Notes under the pieces: model-generated
Seen by the model: the letters and a program-made list of their open reading frames with translations, nothing else
The model's database searches: none
What the model was told of the DNA's origin: nothing
DNA from: an uncultured Bacteroidota bacterium
GTDB lineage: Bacteria > Bacteroidota > Bacteroidia > Bacteroidales > GCA-2748055
Reading direction: 5' to 3'
NCBI GenBank assembly: GCA_963735755.1
Contig: CAVTME010000009.1
Location: 4,189-68,188, forward strand
DNA length: 64,000 bases
Part shown: positions 44,697 through 56,536 of the stretch, one piece after another
Position numbering within the stretch: the stretch's first letter is position 1
Layout of the letters: each line of letters begins with the position of its first letter
Made by a program: the position numbers and the translations under genes

Positions 44697-45282
44697 ATGA
44701 AAATGGAAAACTCATTGAAAGGAACCAGAACCGAACAAAATTTATTAAAAGCATTTGCCGGTGAATCACAGGCCAAGAACAGGTATGAATTTTTTGCCAA
44801 GCAGGCCAAAAAAGAGGGCTTTGAGCAGATCTCTGCCATATTTATGGAAACTGCCAGAGGAGGAGCAGGCCCATGCCAAGCGCTTTTTCAAATTCCTGGA
44901 GGGTGGCGTGGTGGAGATCACTGCCTCCTATCCTGCCGGAATCATCGGGACCACTGCCGAAAACCTGAAAGCAGCCGCTGAAGGTGAAAATGAAGAGTGG
45001 ACCGACCTCTATCCTGCCTTTGCGGAGATCGCCAAAGAGGAAGGATTCCCCAAAGTGGCCTCTGCATTTAAAATGATCGCCAAGGTGGAAGCCGAACACG
45101 AGAAACGCTACCTGAAACTTCTGCAGAACGTATCAGAAGACAGGGTATTTATGAAAGACGGTAAGGTATGGTGGAAGTGCATGGTATGCGGCTATGTCTA
45201 CGAATCGGAGAAGGCACTTGAGAACTGCCCGGTTTGTCTTCACCCCCAGTCTTACATGAAGATGCGGGAAGAGAACTATTAA
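44697..45282 (+). CDS. rbr: Rubrerythrin, one frameshift
   Basis: NLLKAFAGESQA, EQAHA and EAEHEKRY diiron motifs; CMVCGY...CPVC. Confidence 0.94.
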
Positions 45283-45290
45283 ATACACAT

Positions 45291-45548
45291 ATGATCGATG
45301 TAAAAGAGGCCGCTGCAAAAGCAAAAGAGCACCTGGATAGCTTTTTCCCGGATGCTGAAAAAGTGCAGCTGGAAGAGGTTGAACTGACCGATGATAAGGC
45401 CCACTGGTATATTACCCTGAGTTACGAGGGTGTTTCCAATTCTGTGGCCAGCTCACTCCTGGTGGGAAAATCGGTCCGTTACAAGCTGTTCAAACTCGAT
45501 GCCGAATCGGGGGAGGTGATCTCTATGAAAATCAGGGATATCAAATAA
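45291..45548 (+). CDS. Small hypothetical protein (85 aa, PepSY-like pattern)
   Basis: MIDVKEA, LEEVEL, WYITLSY and YKLFKLDAESGEVISMKIR. Confidence 0.75.
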   Translation: MIDVKEAAAKAKEHLDSFFPDAEKVQLEEVELTDDKAHWYITLSYEGVSNSVASSLLVGKSVRYKLFKLDAESGEVISMKIRDIK

Positions 45549-45560
45549 TCCCCTGCCTGG

Positions 45561-46933
45561 TCACTGCTCAGGGAAGGTGAGATGGACAATGGTTCCCTCA
45601 CCCCTGCCGGATGAGATTCTTACATCTCCTCCATGAAGGCGCATGATCTGTCTGACCAGGCTGAGACCGATCCCTGATCCGAACGACTTTGTGGAGAAAA
45701 AGGGAATGAATACATCCTCCAGGATCTTGGCATCGATCCCATCCCCATTATCGGACACGCTCAGGACCACTCCGTTGGAAGATGATCTGCACCCGAGGAC
45801 GATTTCCGGATGCTTACGCCCTTTGAGTGCATCCATGCTGTTGTTCACAAGGTTGATCAGTATCTGGTCCACCAGTCCGCGGTCCGCCCTGATCCCCGAA
45901 TCGCGGTTTTTGATCTCCACGGATATCCCTATCTTTTTTTGATCCAGCTCCGGTTTGAATAGCGCAGCGGTCTCCTCCAGCAGCTTCCTGCAGCAGATCA
46001 TCTCCGGATCCGGAACCGGAATCCGGGTCAGCTTGTGATACTCCTCCACAAATGCGTGCAGACTCCTGCTTCGCTGCTGAAGTGTCTCCACAGAAGTGAT
46101 AATGTCACTGAGATTCTGGCTGTCCAATGCTTCAGGTGCTTTATAGCCTCCCCCATCTGTTTGCAGGATCAGCAACAGGGTGTCGGCCAGGGAACTGATG
46201 GGTGTCACCGAATTCTTGATCTCATGGTTCAGGGTTTGCAGCAGGCGGATCCATGCACCGGTCTCTTTCTGCTCCACCACTCCCTTGATGTCCTGGATGG
46301 CAACCAGTGAATACGCCTGGTCAAGCATCCTGGTCCTGGAGACCTGAATGGCGAGGCGCTCAGGCACACCATGGACACCGGTTTCGAACAGGAATTTTCC
46401 AGATCGCTCAATGGACTCCACAACGCTACCCAGTCCAGGATTCTTCCTGGTCATCTGTTCCCAGGAACGAAGTTCCGGCACCCCAAGCAGGTTGCCAGCA
46501 GCCGTATTGGAGAGTACGACCTTGCCATCGCTTCCCAAAACAATTATACCGATCTCAATAAGCTCAATAATGTGCTCCATGAACCTGAGCTGAACCTCCT
46601 TCTCAATACGTATGTCCCTGTAAGTCTCCAGCACATCGTTAAAAGTTCTGTAAAGATTTTTCCGAGATCCCCTGGCCTCTTGATCATTAAATCTCAGGCT
46701 GAAATCGCGGTTCTTTATATGATCCAGGAAATGGTTATGATCTCTTTCAGGATTCTGTTCAGAAAATAATAGAGTTCAATGGTAAGTACAATAAGAAGCG
46801 TTGCAAAAACAAGGTAGGTGAATACCAGCTGTCCCGGTTCAAAAAATCTGCCTGAAAGGGAAACGCACATCATCACGGCCAGGATCAGAACCAGGCGGAT
46901 GATAAGCCCGATGGAATGTTGTTTATAACCCAT
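45561..46933 (-). CDS. Sensor histidine kinase, one frameshift
   Basis: Two TM helices; HEIKNS H-box; NLVNN, DNGDG, FFSTK and GSGIGL boxes. Confidence 0.92.
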
Positions 46934-48296
46934 GCTTCTGAAGACGCCTGTAAAGTGCAGCCCTGGCCAGACCCAGGTCAGCCGCTGCTTTGGTAATATT
47001 CCCCCTGTTTTTGCTGATGGCTTTAAGGATGAACCGGCGTTCTATCTCCTGGAGATTTAAAGTAGCATCATCATTGCCGTGAAGCTGTGATGAAAGCTCA
47101 GTGATCAGGTCCCCGAATTCCAGAACCTCGCCTTCACTGAGGATAACAGCACGTTCTATGGCATGCCGCAACTCCCGGATGTTGCCGGGCCAATGATAAT
47201 TCTCAAGCCTGGTTTTGGTTGATTTGGGAATGCGGGCCAGGGGTTTGTTATACTTCCTGGCATACATGCCCAGGAAATAGTCTGCAAGCAGCGGAATATC
47301 ACCGGTCCGTTCACGAAGAGGTGGCACCCTGATCTCTACGGTGTTTATCCTGTAGAGGAGATCTTCCCTGAACTCCCTGGTCCGGGTCATATCATGCAGG
47401 GGCATGTTGGTCGCACTGATCAGCCGGACATCAACAGCTACAGGTTTGTTGGATCCCACCCTGGTGATCATACGGTTTTCAAGAACGGTAAGCAACTTGG
47501 CCTGTAAAGGGGTGGTCAGATTGCCGATCTCATCCAGAAACAGGGTTCCTCCCGAGGCAATCTCAAAACGACCTGCTTTCTCCTGTTTTGCATCAGTGAA
47601 GGCCCCTTTACAGTGCCCGAACAATTCACTTTCAAAAAGATTCTCATGGATGGCCCCCAGATCCACTCCAATAAAGGCATCACTGCTACGCTTTGAACAC
47701 CGGTGTATCTCCCGGGCGATGACCTCTTTCCCGGAACCATTCTCACCCAGCAACAATACATCCGCATCGGTGGCTGCGACTTTGTCAATGGTCTTCAATA
47801 CCTTCTCCATGGCCAGTGAGTTACCAATGACCATTCCCGAACGTTGGTCCATATCTGCCATCAGCTGATCCTGTCTCTGACGCAGTCTCTCCGCAATCTG
47901 AAGCGTATCATTTAGTTTCAGGGCCGTGTGGATCACGCCCAGCAATTTATCGTTCTCCCACGGTTTAACAATGAAATCAAATGCTCCTGACCGCATGGCC
48001 GATACAGCCAGGTCCACTCCACCATAAGCGGTTATAAAAACAACAACAGCCCCCGGATCCTTCTCCAAGATTCTACCCAGCCAGGCCATCCCTTCTGAAC
48101 CGTCATTTTTCCCGGGAGAAAAGTTCATATCCAGCAGGATTACATCAAAGCGCACCTCATTCATGAGTTCCGGAATCCGGGAAGGATCGCCGGAGGTAAC
48201 GACTACAGTGAACAGCTGCTTGAGAAACATCTGGGCTGCAGTCCTGACTGCCCGGTCGTCATCAATGATTAATATGGATGCATCAGTTTTCGGCAT
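46923..48296 (-). CDS. Sigma-54-dependent response regulator (NtrC family)
   Basis: Receiver domain (LLDMNF), GENGSGKE, GAFTDA and a Fis-type HTH; likely start MPKTD at 48296. Confidence 0.95.
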   Translation of the reverse strand: MPKTDASILIIDDDRAVRTAAQMFLKQLFTVVVTSGDPSRIPELMNEVRFDVILLDMNFSPGKNDGSEGMAWLGRILEKDPGAVVVFITAYGGVDLAVSAMRSGAFDFIVKPWENDKLLGVIHTALKLNDTLQIAERLRQRQDQLMADMDQRSGMVIGNSLAMEKVLKTIDKVAATDADVLLLGENGSGKEVIAREIHRCSKRSSDAFIGVDLGAIHENLFESELFGHCKGAFTDAKQEKAGRFEIASGGTLFLDEIGNLTTPLQAKLLTVLENRMITRVGSNKPVAVDVRLISATNMPLHDMTRTREFREDLLYRINTVEIRVPPLRERTGDIPLLADYFLGMYARKYNKPLARIPKSTKTRLENYHWPGNIRELRHAIERAVILSEGEVLEFGDLITELSSQLHGNDDATLNLQEIERRFILKAISKNRGNITKAAADLGLARAALYRRLQKHGL

Positions 48297-48326
48297 GATG
48301 AAGCATTTACTCAAAAGTAAGCAAAT

Positions 48327-48365
48327 TGTCCTGATAACGAACAAAATATGTACTATTATCGGACA
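48327..48365. promoter_or_regulatory. Tandem TGT-N11-ACA enhancer (UAS) sites
   Basis: TGTcctgataacgaACA at 48327-48343 and TGTactattatcggACA at 48349-48365. Confidence 0.7.
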
Positions 48366-48452
48366 GTAACCGAGGTAGCCAGTCCCTCAATCTGCCTACA
48401 TTTCCATGTCGCCATATCTGTAAATAACTGATTATATGTGAAATGAAAGAAA

Positions 48453-48468
48453 TGGCACTCCGATTGCT
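48453..48468 (+). promoter_or_regulatory. Sigma-54 -24/-12 promoter
   Basis: TGGCAC-tccga-TTGCT matches the consensus; 28 nt upstream of the permease ATG. Confidence 0.85.
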
Positions 48469-48496
48469 AGGAATAGAATAAATAATTCGAACCTTT

Positions 48497-50844
48497 ATGA
48501 TGATCATCAACTTCCTGAAATCCCAGTACAGGATCATCCGCACCAGGAAAATTTACTATACCATCAATGTTTTGGGTCTGGCACTTGGAATTGCCAGTGC
48601 CATCCTGATTTTGCTCTGGATCATGGATGAACTCAGTTACGAGAAAATGCACCTGAATGCAGACCAGATTTTGCAGGTACACAAGCAATACAGAATGGGG
48701 GATGAAAGCCAGGTAAATTCATCCCTGCCTATGCCGCTGGCACAGACACTGGAATTGGAATTCCCTGAAATACTTCGTGCAGTCAGGGTGGTTCCCTACC
48801 GCAGTTTTATCAGCTCCGGTGAGGATGTATACAATGAACGCGGAATATGCGGTGCCGATCCAGGCTATTTTGATCTATTCAGTTTTGAGTTCCTGAAAGG
48901 GGATCCGTCCACGGCCCTCTCCAAACCCTATTCGGTGGTGCTTACGAGGGACCAGGCTGAAAAGTACTTTGGGGACCAGGAGGCGTTGGGACAGGTCCTG
49001 GAATTTGATGGAACAGATCATTTCACCGTTACCGGAATTATTGCGAACATCAGCCGGAACACCGAACTGGACTATAACATGGTGGTTCCCCTTGAGACCA
49101 TCTACAGGCCGGGATCGGACGTTGACAGCTGGTATGATCATTTCTTAAATACCTACATCCGTGTGGAACTTCCGATTCAGGCAGACAGCCTGAATGCAAG
49201 GATGACAAGACACATACGCAGTTATATGGACGCTGACAGCCATATTGAACTCCTGGGCTGGCCCATCACGGATATCCACCTTCATGATCCAACAGCGCAG
49301 AATCCAAGGGCCATGTACATCTATATCTTCACGGTTGTCGGAATCCTCATCCTCCTGATCGCATGCATCAATTTCACCAATGTATCGACCATTGTTTCTT
49401 TGCAGCGGTCCAGGGAGATCGGAGTGAAAAAGATAAATGGCGGCAGTCGAAGGAGACTGATTTCCCAGTTTTTCGGGGAGACCCTGCACCAGACCCTGGT
49501 GAGCTTTATGCTGGCCATGATGCTGGTGGAGCTGGTCTGCCCCCTTTTCAACCAGCTCACAGGAAAGTCCATTACCCTACCCTACCTGGAACCCTTTTTC
49601 ATCCTTGCTCTGGCTGGTTTACTGATCTTCACCACCCTTTTGGCCGGCCTTTACCCGGCCATCCTGATCTCCGCATTCAAACCGGTGGATGCTTTCCGGG
49701 GCAGGATCAACTCGGGCAGGGGCCAGGCCAGGTTCCGCACCATCCTCATGGTTTTTCAATTTACCATTTCGGTGGGCTTGATCATCTCCACCCTCACCAT
49801 CTTCAGTCAGCTGAAGTTTATGCAGCAGAAAAACCTGGGATTTGACAAGGAGTACCTTGTCTACCTCTCCATGGAGGATGCCCACGAGACAAACTTCGAT
49901 GTTTTCAGGGAGAAGTTGCTTTCTCATGGCCAGATAGCCATGGTGTGCCAGGAGCTCGTCCCTGCCCAGCTCGGTCTGGAATATGATCAGGGGGCTCACC
50001 TGGGAAGGCAGCGGGGACGAGGGCATATCCTCCTTTTCATTTGTCGACAGGTGACGAAGACCTGGTGGAAACGCTGGGCCTTCAAATGATCAGCGGCAGG
50101 GCTTTCTCCAGGGAGTACTCCCTGGACTCCACCCGGATCCTGGTGAATGAAGAGGCTGCCATCATGATGGGTTATGATCAGCCTGTTGGTAAATCGATTA
50201 TTTCAGATTCCACCAGCTTCGAAATCATCGGACTCTTCAAGGATTTTCATGGATTGCCCCTTACCGACAAAATTGAGCCCATGCTCATTGCCATGTGGCC
50301 TGACTATTATAGCTATATATTGATCCGGCTTTTGCCAGGAAATCCGGAAGCGGCTCTGGCCCATATTGAGTCCGTTTGGAAATCCCTCTACCCTGAGATC
50401 CCATTTGAACTGAATTTTATGGATGAAAGGATCGGTCGCCAGTACCGGAGTGAGGTCCGGATCGCAAAACTTTCCCTGGCCTTTACCATCCTGGCCATCC
50501 TGATCACAAGCATCGGGCTTTTCGCTGTGGCCGGTCATACTGCCCGGAATAAGACCAGGGAGATCGGGATCAGGAAAGCCATGGGGGCCTCAAGTCGGTC
50601 AGTGATCACGGGCTTTATCCTTCAATATATGAAATGGGTGGCTGTGGCCAATGCCATTGCCTGGCCCCTTTGCTGGCTGTTCATGAAAAACTGGCTTGGA
50701 AATTTTGCCTACAGGACCGAACAGGGATGCGGGATCTACATCCTGGCTGCTGTGATCAGCATGCTGATCTCTGTTGGCACCATTGCATGGCACGCCTGGA
50801 GCACAGCCCGTACCAATCCCGTAAAGGCATTACAATGTGAGTAA
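48497..50844 (+). CDS. MacB/FtsX-type ABC transporter permease, frameshifted near 49950-50040
   Basis: INVLGLALG, IACINF, REIGVKK, QFTIS, NLGFDKE and NPVKALQCE motifs. Confidence 0.93.
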
Positions 50845-50934
50845 GATGCGCCTGGGGAATGAAGATTTTTTCACTTTTTTTTCTCGTATGGTTCTCATAC
50901 ATTTAATCTTGTAAAGGAACCTTAAAACAAAATC

Positions 50935-53308
50935 ATGTTCAAAAGCCTTCTGAAGTCAGCCCTCCGGAACATAACCCACAAATTCGGTTACAGTTTCCTG
51001 AACATCCTGGGGATGACACTGGGAATTACCAGTGCCCTTTTCCTTGTACTCTATGTGTCTGATGAACTGAGCTTTGATCGCTACCATGCGCATGGAGACC
51101 GGATCTACAGGGTCCAGTCGCACATTACCGAAACCGATGATGAGTTCACCTGGATCGTAGCCCAGATCCCCTTTGCTCCCCAGGTGAAGGAGGATTATGC
51201 CGAGGTGGAGAATTTCACCCGGCTCTTCAATTTCCAAAGGGCACTGTTCATAAATGGGGATGTGGAATTTACCGAAGAGGACGTCTACTATGCCGATTCC
51301 ACCTTCTTTGACCTCTTTACATACCAAACCATGGAAGGGAGTACCGAAGGAGCACTTGACAAGCCCAATTCCATTGTGCTGACCGAGACCATGGCGGACC
51401 GCTATTTCAGCGGGGAGCAGGCAGTGGGATCTACCCTGAAGGTGGGCGATGAGGTCTATACCATCACCGCTGTCATTGAGGATGTGCCAAAAAATTCCCA
51501 TGTACTCTTCGACGGACTGGTTTCAAGGAACAGCCTGCCGGCAGAGATGGGGAGCTGGGGTAACTTCGGGGTTTTTACCTACCTGCTTCTGAATGAGGGT
51601 GAGGATGCTGTCCAGTTCCAGGAGAAGCTGAAAGAGATGTATGACCTCTACATGGCCACCATTTTCGAAAGCATCGGTATTACCGTAGAATATGAACTGA
51701 TGAAGCTTACGGATATTCACCTTCACTCAGAAGCTGCCGGTGAACCCCAGCCCACAGGAAGCATCCAATATGTGATCATATTCAGCATCGTGGCTTTCTT
51801 CCTGATCCTGATCGCCACACTGAATTACATCAACCTGGCCACAGCCAGATCGGCCAAAAGGGCCAGGGAGATCAGCCTCAGAAAAGTGATCGGTTCAAGC
51901 AGGCGCTTATTGATTACCCAGTTTTTGACTGAATCCACGCTACTTACCCTTTTCTCCCTGCTCCTGAGCATTGGGCTGATCATCCTTCTTTTACCGCAAC
52001 TGAACATGCTGTCAGGGAAGAACTTCTCCCTGGATGTATCTGGGAAGACCCGTCTCCATCCTCAGTCTCATCGGCATCATGATCATTATCGGGATCCTGG
52101 GAGGCACCTACCCTGCACTTTACCTGTCCAGGTTCTCCCCCGTCCTGGTGATGAAGGGGGTCAACCAGTCCGGTACTTCCAGGGGACTCTTCCGCAAAGT
52201 GCTTACAGTGATACAATTTACCATTTCAGGAATTATGATTGCCTGTACCCTGGTGGTGGTCAAGCAGCTGGACTACATGCAGAATAAGGACCAGGGCTGG
52301 GATATGGAGCGGGTGCTTACCCTTCAGCTTCCGGACAACGAACCGGCTTCAAAAATGAAACTTCTGAAGGAGCAGATCCTGGAGAATCCGGAAGTACTGA
52401 ACGCCACCCTGACCAACAGCGGCATTGGGAATGGTTCTCCCAAGGTCATCTTCCAGATGGAAACATCCAACGGGATGGAAGCTAGGGGAATTAATTTTGT
52501 GGTGGTGGATCATGATTTTGTGGAAACCCTGGGGATCGAAATGGCTGAGGGGAGGGATTTCTCCAGAGATTTCATCGGGGATACCCTCTCCGGTGTGGTG
52601 GTCAATCAAACGCTGGCTGCACGCCTCAACTGGGAAGAACCCATTGGCAAACGGGTCCAGCTGGGTGACGGCGGAAGAATCATGGCCCGGGTGATCGGTG
52701 TTATGAAGGATTACCACCAGACAGGCATGTACAATGAAGTGGAGTCCCTGATGCTTCTTTACAGGCTTGAAACCAACATTTTATATGCAAAGCTGGCTGA
52801 GGGCAGTACAGAGTCTGCCCTCCGCTTCATTGGTGAAAAATGGGAAGAGATCTTCCCTGGCCATCCATTCGAGTACACCTTCCTGGAGGATGATTTCCAG
52901 GAGCAATTCTCAGCAGACAGGAACAGAAGGACTGTCTTTGCAGGATTTACCGTACTTACCATCATCATTGCCTGCCTGGGATTGTTCGGACTGGCATCCT
53001 ATACCACCGAACGCCGTACAAGGGAAATTGGTGTCAGAAAGGTATTTGGCGCAAGCATTCCCAGGATTCTGAAAATGATCTCCATGGAATTCCTGGTACT
53101 GGTAGTCATCTCCTTCGCCCTCTCCATTCCTGCGGTCTGGTTCCTCATGTCCGACTGGCTGCAGAACTATGTCTACAGGATAAACCTGGGTCCGCTGGTC
53201 TTCCTCTGGACCATATTGCTTATCATCCTACCCACCGCCCTTACTGTGAGCTACCAGTCATACAAGGCTGCCACAGCCAATCCGGCAGATTCAATCAGGG
53301 CGGAATGA
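50935..53308 (+). CDS. MacB/FtsX-type ABC transporter permease, frameshift near 52040
   Basis: LNILG, NYINLATARS, REIGVRKVFGA and NPADSIRAE motifs. Confidence 0.93.
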
Positions 53309-54003
53309 TGGGGGTCAAAACACTCTTTCTCTGCTTCACACTGGCGCTGTTCATATTCCAGTGCAGCAAGAGCGACTCATCAGAGCTGGTGGAGATCCCC
53401 GACAGCGCTTTCCTTGAAGCTCTTGTGAAGCAGGGGGTGGATACGGACGGAGACGGACAGATCAGTTACGATGAAGCAGGCGGGTTTGCATCCATCCTGC
53501 TGGGGCCCTCCGGGATCAGCGACCTGACCGGTATTGAGGCTTTTGCCAACCTGGAATGCCTCTGCATTACGCTGAATCCGATCACCTCCATTGATGTGTC
53601 CAAAAATTCCCAGATGCACCACCTGAAGTGTGAAAGTTGTGAATTGACCTCTTTGGATATCTCCAGCAACACAAACCTCACAGAGCTGCACATTGGCAGG
53701 AACAGGATCACCACTCTGGATATATCGAACAATACCCGGATGACACGGATGTCATGTAACAACAACCTGCTCACCACCCTGGATCTCTCCAACAATCCCG
53801 GATTGGTTTATATGATCAGTTGCGGAAACCAGCTCACATCGCTCGACCTTTCACATAACCCCATGCTGGTAAAGATCGGATTCGACAACATGCCCATGTT
53901 GCGGGATGTCTGTGTATGGACCCTCCCTTTCCCTCCGCCGGGTGTGGCTGTCCTGATGGATTACAGTCCCAATGTGGTCTTCACAACCGGCTGTAGCCAT
54001 TGA
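53305..54003 (+). CDS. Leucine-rich-repeat lipoprotein
   Basis: FIFQC lipobox; EF-hand-like DTDGDGQISYDE; DLTGIEAF; 21-aa LTxLDxSxN repeats. Confidence 0.85.
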   Translation: MMGVKTLFLCFTLALFIFQCSKSDSSELVEIPDSAFLEALVKQGVDTDGDGQISYDEAGGFASILLGPSGISDLTGIEAFANLECLCITLNPITSIDVSKNSQMHHLKCESCELTSLDISSNTNLTELHIGRNRITTLDISNNTRMTRMSCNNNLLTTLDLSNNPGLVYMISCGNQLTSLDLSHNPMLVKIGFDNMPMLRDVCVWTLPFPPPGVAVLMDYSPNVVFTTGCSH

Positions 54004-54028
54004 ACTCCAGGAAGTCCGCTTCTCTGAC

Positions 54029-54046
54029 ACCCTGATCTGTCAGGGT
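54029..54046. terminator. Short hairpin between convergent genes
   Basis: ACCCTGA-tctg-TCAGGGT; no clear U-tract. Confidence 0.3.
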
Positions 54047-54080
54047 ATTCAAATGGACCAGGGAGCGTAGCACAATGGTC

Positions 54081-55232
54081 TTAGTTTTGAAACAATTCAG
54101 CCACATGTTCCAGCTCTTTCATGATGGGAATATGTTGCGGACACTGCTCCTCGCAAAGGCCGCACTGTACACAGCTTGAGGCTCTTTCGGGCGCACCCAG
54201 CAGCCTGTAATACCTTACTTTGGCACCCTTATCCTGCAACATATGGTGATCATTGCAGAGGGAGAAATTGCGGGGAATGTTCACCCCTTCCGGGCAGGGC
54301 ATGCAATAGCCGCAGGCCGTGCAGCTTACCCGCTGCAGATCCTGTATCACCTGGTTCGCCCCTTTGATGGCATTTTCATCTTTTTCGGTCCAGGGCGCAC
54401 CGGGCACCCGCTGTGCCAGCTCCAGGTTTTCCCTCACATGATCGGGATGGGACATACCGCTCAACACCACATCCACTTCAGACTGGTTCCACAGCCACCC
54501 CAATGCCCATTCCACCTCTGATCTGCCGGGTACTGCCTCCTGAAGGATTTTTTTCGATGGCTCCGGGAGGCCGGTAACCAGCGACCCTCCCCTGAGGGGT
54601 TCCATGACCACGATACCCAGCCCTTTAGCGGCTGCATAGGCCAGGCCCTCCCTCCCGGCCTGAAAATGTTCGTCAAAGTAGTTGTACATGATCTGGCAGA
54701 AAGTCCACGCATAGGCATCCACAATCTCCTTAAACAGATCAAGCTCATCATGAAAAGAGAAACCGGCATACCGGATCTTGCCGGCTTCGATGGCCCTGTC
54801 CAGGAAAACAAACACATCGTAGCTGACCAGCTTATCCCAGGTCGTCCGGTTCAGGGCATGAAGCAAATAAAAATCAATGCAGTCTGTATCGAGCCGGGCC
54901 AGCTGTTCATCCAGGAAGCGATCCATATCTTCACTGGAGCCCACCAGCCAGGAAGGAAGTTTCGTGGCCAGGTAGACTTTCTCCCTGTACCCGTTTTTCA
55001 GTGCCCTGGCCAGAAACGGTTCGCTTTCGCCTGCCGTTGCAAAGCTTTCGGCATGATAAGGGTAGGCTGTATCGAAGTAATTGACTCCGCTATCTATGGC
55101 ATGATGGACCATCTCAGTTGCCAGATCCTCATTGATGCGGGTATTGTCCTTCCCGGTAACCGGGAACCGCATACAGCCAAATCCAAGGGTGGAAATTTGC
55201 AGTCCGGTTTTCCCAAATGTCTTATATTTCAT
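54081..55232 (-). CDS. Aldo/keto reductase with C-terminal 4Fe-4S domain
   Basis: LGFGCMR, FDTAYPY, LATKLP, CTACGYCMPCP and CVQCGLCEEQCP motifs. Confidence 0.93.
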   Translation of the reverse strand: MKYKTFGKTGLQISTLGFGCMRFPVTGKDNTRINEDLATEMVHHAIDSGVNYFDTAYPYHAESFATAGESEPFLARALKNGYREKVYLATKLPSWLVGSSEDMDRFLDEQLARLDTDCIDFYLLHALNRTTWDKLVSYDVFVFLDRAIEAGKIRYAGFSFHDELDLFKEIVDAYAWTFCQIMYNYFDEHFQAGREGLAYAAAKGLGIVVMEPLRGGSLVTGLPEPSKKILQEAVPGRSEVEWALGWLWNQSEVDVVLSGMSHPDHVRENLELAQRVPGAPWTEKDENAIKGANQVIQDLQRVSCTACGYCMPCPEGVNIPRNFSLCNDHHMLQDKGAKVRYYRLLGAPERASSCVQCGLCEEQCPQHIPIMKELEHVAELFQN

Positions 55233-55375
55233 ACATACGATATTACAAATAATTGGAGTAAACTGCGCAAGCGAACCTCCTCTTTGGAAACAGAAAAAAT
55301 AAGCTTAAAAAAAGACAAGTCCCTCGAATTATCATTTACTTTGGAATAGAGCAACAGAAACCAAAGATTCTCTTC

Positions 55376-56533
55376 ATGAAAAACAACTTTCTTAAATCAG
55401 CACCCATCTTCCTGGCCTTCCTGGTCATGGGATTCGGAGACGTTTCCGGTCCCCTTACGAGTCAGCTGCAAAACGACTTCAGTCTGAATAATTTTCAGGC
55501 CGGTCTGGTCACCTTCATGGCCTTCATTATGTTTGGACTGCTCTCCATCCCCATGGGACTTTACCAGGACCGGAAGGGAAGGAAGCATGTACTCCTGCTT
55601 GGTCTCCTGGCGGCCCTGTTCGGAATGATCCTCCCCATGCTGGGACGCTACGAATCGTTTCCCCTGATCCTGGGGGGACTGTTGTTTATGGGAACCGGGG
55701 CCACCCTGTTACAGGTGGCCGGAAACCCCATCATGAGGGATGTATCCCCGGAGGGAAAATACTCTAGGAACCTTTCATACGGACAGTTTGTGAAGGCCAT
55801 CGGATCACTCTCCGGCTCATTGATCCCCATTGTGGCTGCCAGGTACTGGGGGCTGGATTGGAAGCTGTTGTTCCCCATCTACGGGGCAGTCATCATCATT
55901 GTTGTGATCTACCTGTTTATCACCAAAATTGAAGAACAGAACCTTCAAAAGGAGAAACCTGCTTCCTTCAAATCCTGTTTCAGCCTGTTGAAAAATCCCT
56001 TTGTTCTGCTCATGGTCATCGGGATATTCCTCTATGTGGGAGCAGAGGTGAGCATGAGTGCCAAACTTCCCAACTACCTGGCGGAACAGTTCAATTTCGA
56101 TATCAAGGAGAAGGGACTGATTGGAACGCTTTTCTTCTTTATCTCACTCACCACTGGACGCTTCCTGGGTGGTGTTATCCTGAACTGGATCTCCCCCAGG
56201 AAATTCCTGATCATCTCAGCCCTGGTTTCCCTGGTATCTGTGGCAGGCCTGTTTATCGCTCCAAACCACATCACCGCTTTTGTATTCATCTTTATTACCG
56301 GACTCGGATTTGCCAATGTATTTCCCCTGATCTTCTCCATCACGGTGGATACCATGCCCGAGCGAAGCAACGAGATCTCAGGGTTGATGATAACGGCCAT
56401 CCTGGGCGCGGCGCTGGTCCCTGTTCTTTTCGGAGTGGTGGCTGACCTGGCGGGACTCATGGCCGGATTCCTGGTCCCGGTGCTTTGCATGCTCTATATT
56501 TTCCTGATTGCCTTAAAACCGGCCAAAGCATAA
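55376..56533 (+). CDS. MFS sugar transporter (FucP/GluP-like)
   Basis: About 12 TM segments; LQVAGNP and FLYVGAEV motifs. Confidence 0.9.
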   Translation: MKNNFLKSAPIFLAFLVMGFGDVSGPLTSQLQNDFSLNNFQAGLVTFMAFIMFGLLSIPMGLYQDRKGRKHVLLLGLLAALFGMILPMLGRYESFPLILGGLLFMGTGATLLQVAGNPIMRDVSPEGKYSRNLSYGQFVKAIGSLSGSLIPIVAARYWGLDWKLLFPIYGAVIIIVVIYLFITKIEEQNLQKEKPASFKSCFSLLKNPFVLLMVIGIFLYVGAEVSMSAKLPNYLAEQFNFDIKEKGLIGTLFFFISLTTGRFLGGVILNWISPRKFLIISALVSLVSVAGLFIAPNHITAFVFIFITGLGFANVFPLIFSITVDTMPERSNEISGLMITAILGAALVPVLFGVVADLAGLMAGFLVPVLCMLYIFLIALKPAKA

Positions 56534-56536
56534 GCC

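Noticed and set aside
16307-45282. Mass pseudogenisation or programmed frameshifting
   Set aside because: Indels are numerous, often in homopolymers, hit unrelated genes and leave motifs conserved; sequencing error is the simpler explanation.
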